A stretch of DNA of 64,000 nucleotides. Source: the human T2T-CHM13v2.0 reference genome, Homo sapiens. Position 1 is the first letter of the stretch. The number at the start of each line of letters is the position of its first letter. The DNA lies in assembly GCF_009914755.1 (NCBI RefSeq), contig NC_060932.1; one strand, given 5' to 3'. The translations under genes were made by a program, and so were the position numbers. The notes beneath the pieces were generated by a model. It worked only from the letters and a program-made list of their open reading frames with translations. It was not told the DNA's origin and ran no database searches. This document shows, piece by piece, positions 56,887 through 64,000 of this stretch.

Positions 56887-56961
56887 AGGAGACTCCAGGT
56901 TACACAAATGGACATAATGAGAAATCAAACTGCCGAAAAGTCCCTATCCTTACTGAACTGA
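56887..56961 (+). CDS. KCNU1: KCNU1 coding exon (~exon 23; (E)ETPGYTNGHNEKSNCRKVPILTEL(K))
   Basis: Acceptor ttcttctttgcag|, donor ctga|gtaagt; 75 nt, phase 1-1; PILTEL matches Slo1 PIITEL before the Ca bowl. Confidence 0.95.
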   Translation, partial: RRLQVTQMDIMRNQTAEKSLSLLN

Positions 56962-58209
56962 GTAAGTGGTGTTTCGAGGGGAAAATTCAATGGAGAAATT
57001 TTTGTGATATATAATTTATGTTCCAAGGATCTTTTTAGAATGCACAATCACAGGACTCAGGAACCAGAATGGGGCTCAGAGCTTTAAGTGCTTGCCCGGA
57101 TGTTACACTGGGCTTTGATCCAACTGGGGACATCGGTATATCTGGTGTCAGGGTTCAGAAATGACATCTGCCTTCTCCACTCTTTTAGTTACCAGCAGAG
57201 GGAGGGGGACCAGCAACTAGCTTAGTCTTATTCAGAGGGAGGGGCCATCGATATGAAGACTGCTAGAAAGAATCTCCCTGTACTGACTAGTCAAACCCAT
57301 CACAGGACTTCGGGTCAGATGCCTTCCTTTCCAGCAGTGACACCAGGGCTGGGGCCAGGGTAAGGCAGGAGAGGCATGTGGGGTACAGACTTAGAGGAGG
57401 TGCTCACCCTTGGTGTCTCCAAATTTTGTGTCCCATGTATTTCCCCCCGTCACCTTAATCCAAGCCCTGAGTGATACTTTCCTAAAATAGGCAAAAAAAA
57501 AAAAAAAAAAAACTCTCGAAGAATTAACAGAATATGCTGTTATCTGTCACCAACACCTGTACAAAACTTCCCTAGGCACGAGGAGCTGTGGGAACAGAAG
57601 ACAAGGGAGGGAAGGCAAGGAAGGGTGCCCAAGTGCCTTTGGTGGGGTGCATTGCTGGGGCACCAGGGGATGCATTGCGTCTGTATTCAACTATACTGAG
57701 TATAGTCGAAGGGAAAAGGAGAAAATCCCAGGCAAGAGGAGAACGGTGCCACTAGCGCAGATTGAACCAATTCAGAGATGATCTCTAAAAACTGGTCCTG
57801 GCTGTGACTTGACCTGATTTTACTAACCAGAAAAATGCATAATGGGCATTTTATGAGCAAGATTACCAAAACCACTGGGATTTATCCCAAATTAGGTGAA
57901 CATCTAGAAATCTTAGTCCTGCAAACAAAGCAGGGGAACTTAGAGAGGAATCAGTAGGTGTCACTGCCACTTGAGCTGGGAGTGACAGTGTAGCAGGTGA
58001 GAGGTGAGGCACTGCCTCATTGCTACCTAGCTTTCCTGACCATTTTGTGGAGCAGAGGCTGTTGAAGTTCAGCTCTGAAGATCCTAGACCCCTGGATCCT
58101 AGTACCTGCCTGCCTATTTGGAACCACCTTGAAGCTGTCTGCTGCAGTTTTTAATTATATTTTACTTTTTTCCTCCCCTTTGAACCATCTCTAACTCCTG
58201 AGCTGTACA

Positions 58210-58432
58210 CAGTTGGTTCTCTGTATCTGTGAGGCATTGGTTCCATAACTCACTCACTCTCCACTCCTCCCCTGGCTCTACTTCCTGCAGACACCAAAAT
58301 CCATGATGCTCAAGTCCTTTATATAAAATGGTGTAGTACTGTCAACCCTCAGTATCCATGGGTTTCCATTCAAGAATTCAATTAGTTGAATTCTTGAATG
58401 CAAAACATGTGGAAATGGAGGGCCAACTGTAT
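58210..58432. mobile_element. MER2/Tigger-family DNA transposon fragment
   Basis: cagttgg... and ...gggccaactgta termini; gatgctcaagtcctttatataaaatgg core. Confidence 0.75.
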
Positions 58433-59134
58433 ACACCAAACGAATTAATTCAAAGAAGAGTGTAAGTTAGAGTGGTTGCGAAGAAATCAGCCAGTTTCTC
58501 ACTGACCCAGAGGTGCATCTGATCACTCTCCAGGGACTTACAGTCTTTGTTTCTGGCACCATGCAGCCCTTGTCAAGTTAGCCTAACAACCTACCTGCCA
58601 GCTTGTCCAGGTTCTTGTTGTCTGGCTGGCTGGAAAGGGTCATGTTGATGTGGGAGTTGCAGGTCTGTACCACTTTGGTACAGAATGGATGGGGATCTGA
58701 AGGAAATGGCCAGGAAAGCTGAGGCCACTAGTTTAGGATGATACAGCAGAATTTGGACAAAGGCTCATGGGATATTTGTGTGTGTGTGTGCGTGCGCGCA
58801 CGTGCGCATGTGTGTGTGTGGAGGGCTCACAATGCAGGGAGAGAAATGTAGAAGTGCACAGGAGATGTGGATTGATATTAGTCATACCTTGCTCATCTTT
58901 TATGAAAATAAAGCTGTTCTCAGAAGAAAATGATTCATTAATATCACTTCATTCATTAATGTCACTTCCCCTAAACATACTGAGGAATAATTTAAGGCAT
59001 TAGGGGATAATCCAGTCATAGCAAGCAATGGATTCTGAGTTGCTTGTCCAGCAGATTTGTTTGGATTGGTCATTTCAAGAACTGTAATGTCAAGAACTGT
59101 GGAGAGTCTAAGGCTATCCTATTTGCAAACCAAC

Positions 59135-59790
<656 letters not shown>

Positions 59791-59929
59791 CCACAGTGAC
59801 CAGCGGTATTCACCTCAGAGGCTGCCTACCAGGGTCTGAGTTGGAGCCTGGGGCCAGTATAGACATGCTGATGGATAATTTGGCTACTGCTGTACTGGCC
59901 TCAGTTAGGATGATTCCCTAAGCCCTTGC

Positions 59930-60092
59930 CACACAGAGTGCCATCCATGAATCGGCAACCTCAGCAGCATCTGGGAACTGGCTGGGCACGTAGACTCTCA
60001 GCCCTCACCCTAGATCCAGTGAATCAGAATCTGCATTGCAACCAAATCCCCAAATGATTCATATGTGCATTACATTTTGAAAGGCACTGGGC
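59930..60092. mobile_element. MER5-like hAT fragment
   Basis: cagcagcatctgggaact...gaatcagaatctgcatt...aaatcccc...tgattcatatgtgcattac. Confidence 0.7.
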
Positions 60093-60554
60093 TTAAGTGA
60101 CTCTAGGAACCCAAGTAAATACCAAGTCATCTATCTCATAGTATTTTGAGAAATAAAAGACTTTAACTGGGGTGACCATGTGTTCCTATTTATTCCTATG
60201 ATTCCAGGGCAATTTTCGAGCATGCTCCCTTTTGCTCCCCCAAAATATCCTGGTTTGAAAGATAAATTATACAAGGATGACAATCAGAACACTTCTTGAG
60301 AAACTGAGCCTGTGCTCCAGCAATGTCCCCTTGATGGTGAATGTACCCAATAGAACTATGTACTTTGTGGGAAGGAAGATATTTGGAAAGGAAAGAAAAA
60401 AAAAATGTACTGAAAAAGGGGTTGATCCCACAGAGACCCCAAAGTAGACATCAGATCTTTTGATCAAGTGGTCGCCCCTTGGCCTGCATGGATGGCACTT
60501 CTTATATTCTTAACCTGATCTGCTTGTCTTTCCTTTTTGCCTCTTGCCTTGCAG

Positions 60555-60694
60555 AAAATCCTTCCAACATTCACTTTATTGAACAGCTTGGTGGACTGGA
60601 AGGGTCCCTCCAAGAAACAAATCTGCATCTCAGCACTGCCTTTTCTACGGGCACTGTTTTTTCCGGCAGCTTCTTGGATTCTCTGCTGGCCACG
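60555..60694 (+). CDS. KCNU1: KCNU1 coding exon (~exon 24, degenerate calcium-bowl region; (K)NPSNIHFIEQLGGLEGSLQETNLHLSTAFSTGTVFSGSFLDSLLAT)
   Basis: Acceptor cttgccttgcag|, donor acg|gtaaga; 140 nt, phase 1-0; aligns to Slo1 [41 protein letters not shown] but lacks the Asp run. Confidence 0.97.
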
Positions 60695-61593
60695 GTAAGA
60701 AAAGCTAAGCCATGGAGCCCCCAAAACCAAGCCCTCTGCAGAGAAGTGAACAGGTGGTATAAGGCTGAGTAGATGATAACACCTCACAGTTCTAAGTTCT
60801 CTTTGATTTTCAAAAACAAGCTTGTTCCCATACATTAATTTATCTTTTCTCATAACTACTTGGTGTGGGAAGCAACATTTTCACATTTTCAAGATTAAAA
60901 ACTTGAGGCCCTTGCAGCCAGAACCCCTGATGCCAGGAAGAGTGAGTGTCGGCCTCTCAGCTTCTAAGGCATCGCTGCAGACCAGGTCCCTTGGCATCAG
61001 AGCTCAGGAGATACCACTTTCCCTTCTCTCTGAAATCCTCCAAACAGCTCATGTGGAAATTGGCCATAAAGGGATCCCAGTTTCAAGGAAGAAGCTCTGG
61101 CCTTTGCTGGTGAGTTTTGCTCAGAGCTAAGTCAAATCTCCCTCCATGTTCCTCCTCTCATGGGGGGCATTCTTGACTACATGGTTATTCTTTAGTTTTC
61201 AGCACCTCTTTAGCCACCTGGCAGACCTTTTCCATCCATTAGGATTCCCCTGGGTGGAATTAATTCATTGTACAAATGCCCACTGAACACCTACTCTGCA
61301 CAGGGCACTGTTGGGGTGCTGGGGAATCTGCAGTGTGAGAATGACAAAAGCCTTATCCACATGGGGCCTGCTGAGTGGAGGGGATTGACATGTGCATGAT
61401 AAATAAGTAACACAGAGGGATGCCAATTAAAGGGCTAAGGAGATGTGAGATAGGAAATGTGAAATTTGGGGAAGGAATTGCAAGATTCAATAACATTGCC
61501 TTCTCAGGGAAGGCGATGTTGAGAAGTCAGCATGTGACCCCAGCTCTGGGGGAGAGGAGAGAACACAGCATTCAGAAGCAGTGAGGTGGGAGT

Positions 61594-62144
61594 TGTTAGA
61601 AATAGATAATTGGTGCTGCGAAGAAAAGTCAGCATGGAGACAAAAGACCTCTCAGCAAGGCAATCTTTACTTTCTGCAGAAAGGGTGTTCAGTGGCAGAT
61701 GGAACAATGGCAAGAGCACACTTGAACAAAGGAAAAGCAGACATATTTATCCCTTATGCATTTGGGTCATCCTTACTGCTGGGTCCTGCATCCATTGGCT
61801 GGAGCTGGAACTCACAGTCTTAAACTTATACCCAATTTGCTAATAACCTAAAACTTTTCTAAATAGGTAAGTGCAAGAAAGAATGAAGAAGGAGAGGAGG
61901 TTGCTTACGAAAGGTTTAAGGAAGCAATAACATTTCCACATAAAGAAGGTGCATAAGCTATGAGTTAAGACTTGCCTGGGTCTGTCCAGGCATGCCTGAG
62001 TAAGCCAAAGCAAATAACTGGGCAAAAGTGTAAGAACTAATAGTTGACAGAAGGCTTTAGAGTAAGGAGCTATTATTCCTGGTGTCTATTATTTTATTTT
62101 TAAACCAAGATGAGCTTTGAAGAGGAACTTTTCTGCTTTCTACA
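61594..62144 (-). mobile_element. LTR10-family (HERV-I/ERV1) solo LTR
   Basis: TG...CA termini, 4-bp TSD gagt on both sides; reverse complement starts tgtagaaagcagaaaagttcctcttcaaagctcatc as recalled for LTR10. Confidence 0.8.
61968..62007. promoter_or_regulatory. Candidate p53 response element (four adjacent decamers) in LTR10
   Basis: AGACTTGCCT and AGGCATGCCT are perfect RRRCWWGYYY; GGGTCTGTCC and GAGTAAGCCA are degenerate. Confidence 0.5.
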
Positions 62145-64000
62145 GAGTACACCCCAGGGTGTTAAAGGAATTTCAAATTGACTGAGACTCATGAGATCAG
62201 TGTGTAGCCATTTGTGAATGACTTGCAAAAACTCTTCCAAAGGAAAGCCACATAACCCACTGCCTCCCACACTCCTCCTACCCGGGATTTTCAAGGGAAG
62301 AGCTGCAAAATGGCTGGATGTCAATATGCAGATGCTTAAATGCAGAAGAATCTGAGCACAGTTGATGAACTTGCTGCCTCCTGGAGGTCCACAGTGAGAG
62401 GCATCATGCCTGAATTTCAGGAATGCTTCAAGGCACAGTTTGCAAGTTTAAGGGAGCACGGCTGGGCATATCCACTCCCTCCCTGACATCAATGCCATTC
62501 GGCATGAGATTGTGTTGCCCTGGGCTCTGCCTCTTTAAGCCGTGGTAGGGGTCTCATACACCCCATCAAGCTCTTAGAGAGAGAATACCACTTCAGTGGT
62601 AGTTTAACATTAAACAAATTGGTAAAGTGCAAGGCTCCTAAAGAGTTAAGCAGCTCAGCCTTCACTGAGCTAGGGAGGTACTAGAGGAAGTCAAGTCAGG
62701 TTACTTTTCTGAGAAGGTGGCTCTGTCAGAGAAAGTGTTATATCACTGTCTGTCACTGATATGTCAATTAACTCACCTGGAATTAATGACTGGAGTGTCA
62801 GGCAGGAGGTGACTCTCGATGAACTTGACCTGTCTGCAGATACATTTCAGATGGGTTTCAGGTCCCAGTTCTCTTCAGAGATCCTTAGATGTCAGGCAGC
62901 TTCATGCCTTAAATTAAAATTGAGACTCAATTAAACACCACTGGCTCACACAGGCAGGAATAGAGCCACAGATTTTATTTAGAGTTGATCAGAAGGGCAG
63001 GATGGACAGGGAAGGGCTGGAAGAGTAAGGACAACAACGAATGAACACACAATCACAAGCCAGTATGAGGAACACAGATTTGGTCATGAGCCTGATTCCT
63101 CCCACCACTCAGCACCTGATCATGACATTGGCCTTGGGTGGTCTAAAGAGTGCAGGTTCTTCCCAGGCTGCCTTCAGATATTGGGTCAATGGGCTTCACT
63201 TGGTGGAAGAGGAAGATTCTTGCTGGAAAACAAAATGTGCTATATAGAGAATAAAGGCCACATAGTGTGACCTAAAAGTGAGGTCATTGCATGAGATCAC
63301 AACACACAGTGGATCATCAGCTTCGCCTTCAGAACTCTTGATAAGTACTTATTTTAGGACTGGCATTTGCTCAACTGAATTTGGGCAGGGACGGCAATGG
63401 AGCATCAGGGAAGAAAGCGTCTTCTATGTCAAGGGTGCTGACTGAATCTTGAACCTCTAAATCTCTACCTAGCAGTTTTCTGCCCCAGCTCATGAATCTT
63501 TAATGTTGTACGCCACAGCAAAATGAACACACTGTAACACTATTTAATGATGAGCTGAACTGGGCCATTGGAAATAATTGTGAATGCTGATAATTTTTGT
63601 TTTCCTTCTCGTTTCCCTTCTCCCTGCACCTGATTCTACTGGTTCTATGTGCCCTTATCAGTGTGGGGGTGGCTTCCCATCACCAAAGAAAGACCCAAGG
63701 ATCAAGACTGAGCCTCCAATCTCATTGTCTCCTTTATTCCGGGGACCATTTGATTTTGGGTGGACTCTGGATCTTACCACCTGGTCACATGGAAATACCC
63801 TCGGAGAGGAAGAGAACATTTACCACCTTCCAATAACAACATCTAGAGTCACTACCGCAGCTCCTGAATACGTTCTCAAACACTTCATTTATTCTCCGTA
63901 TGTGCTGGAGCATCTCCTGGCTGAGGGTTGGTAGGAAGGCAATGACCTCGATCTCCCCATTAACTTAGAAAGGCAGTTGTGGGTCCTGGAGCTATGACCC

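Noticed and set aside
60479-60772. ORFs 60479..60772, 49049..49240 and 56811..57014 as standalone genes
   Set aside because: They are KCNU1 exons read through into flanking intron

Overview
Human (primate) genomic DNA, AT-rich and dense in Alu and L1 repeats. It covers the interior of KCNU1 (SLO3, the sperm-specific pH-gated K+ channel of the Slo/BK family) on the + strand. Six coding exons have canonical AG/GT ends and join in frame: 2468-2585, 43771-43867, 47376-47600, 48995-49184, 56887-56961 and 60555-60694. They encode the RCK1-RCK2 linker and most of RCK2, including the degenerate calcium-bowl segment (about codons 631-912; exon numbers ~19-24 are inferred). A 41-kb intron holds a sense-strand TPT1 processed pseudogene (TPT1P8/FKSG2-like) nested in an old L1 and split by an Alu, a MER4-group LTR, a Cheshire/Charlie hAT fossil with an intact 8-bp TSD, and two unexplained ~90%-identical local duplications. 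I found no novel multi-gene system. The best leads are: (i) a candidate in-frame 141-nt cassette exon at 11715-11855 with a possible upstream internal promoter; (ii) template-switch or insertion signatures at both local duplications; (iii) ACG instead of ATG at the TPT1P8 start, and Arg at KCNU1 codon 768; (iv) a solo LTR10 with tandem p53 half-sites; (v) PBX-HOX/MEIS motif clusters that may be long-range enhancers. Repeat subfamily names, exon numbers and protein numbering are from memory and were not checked by database search.
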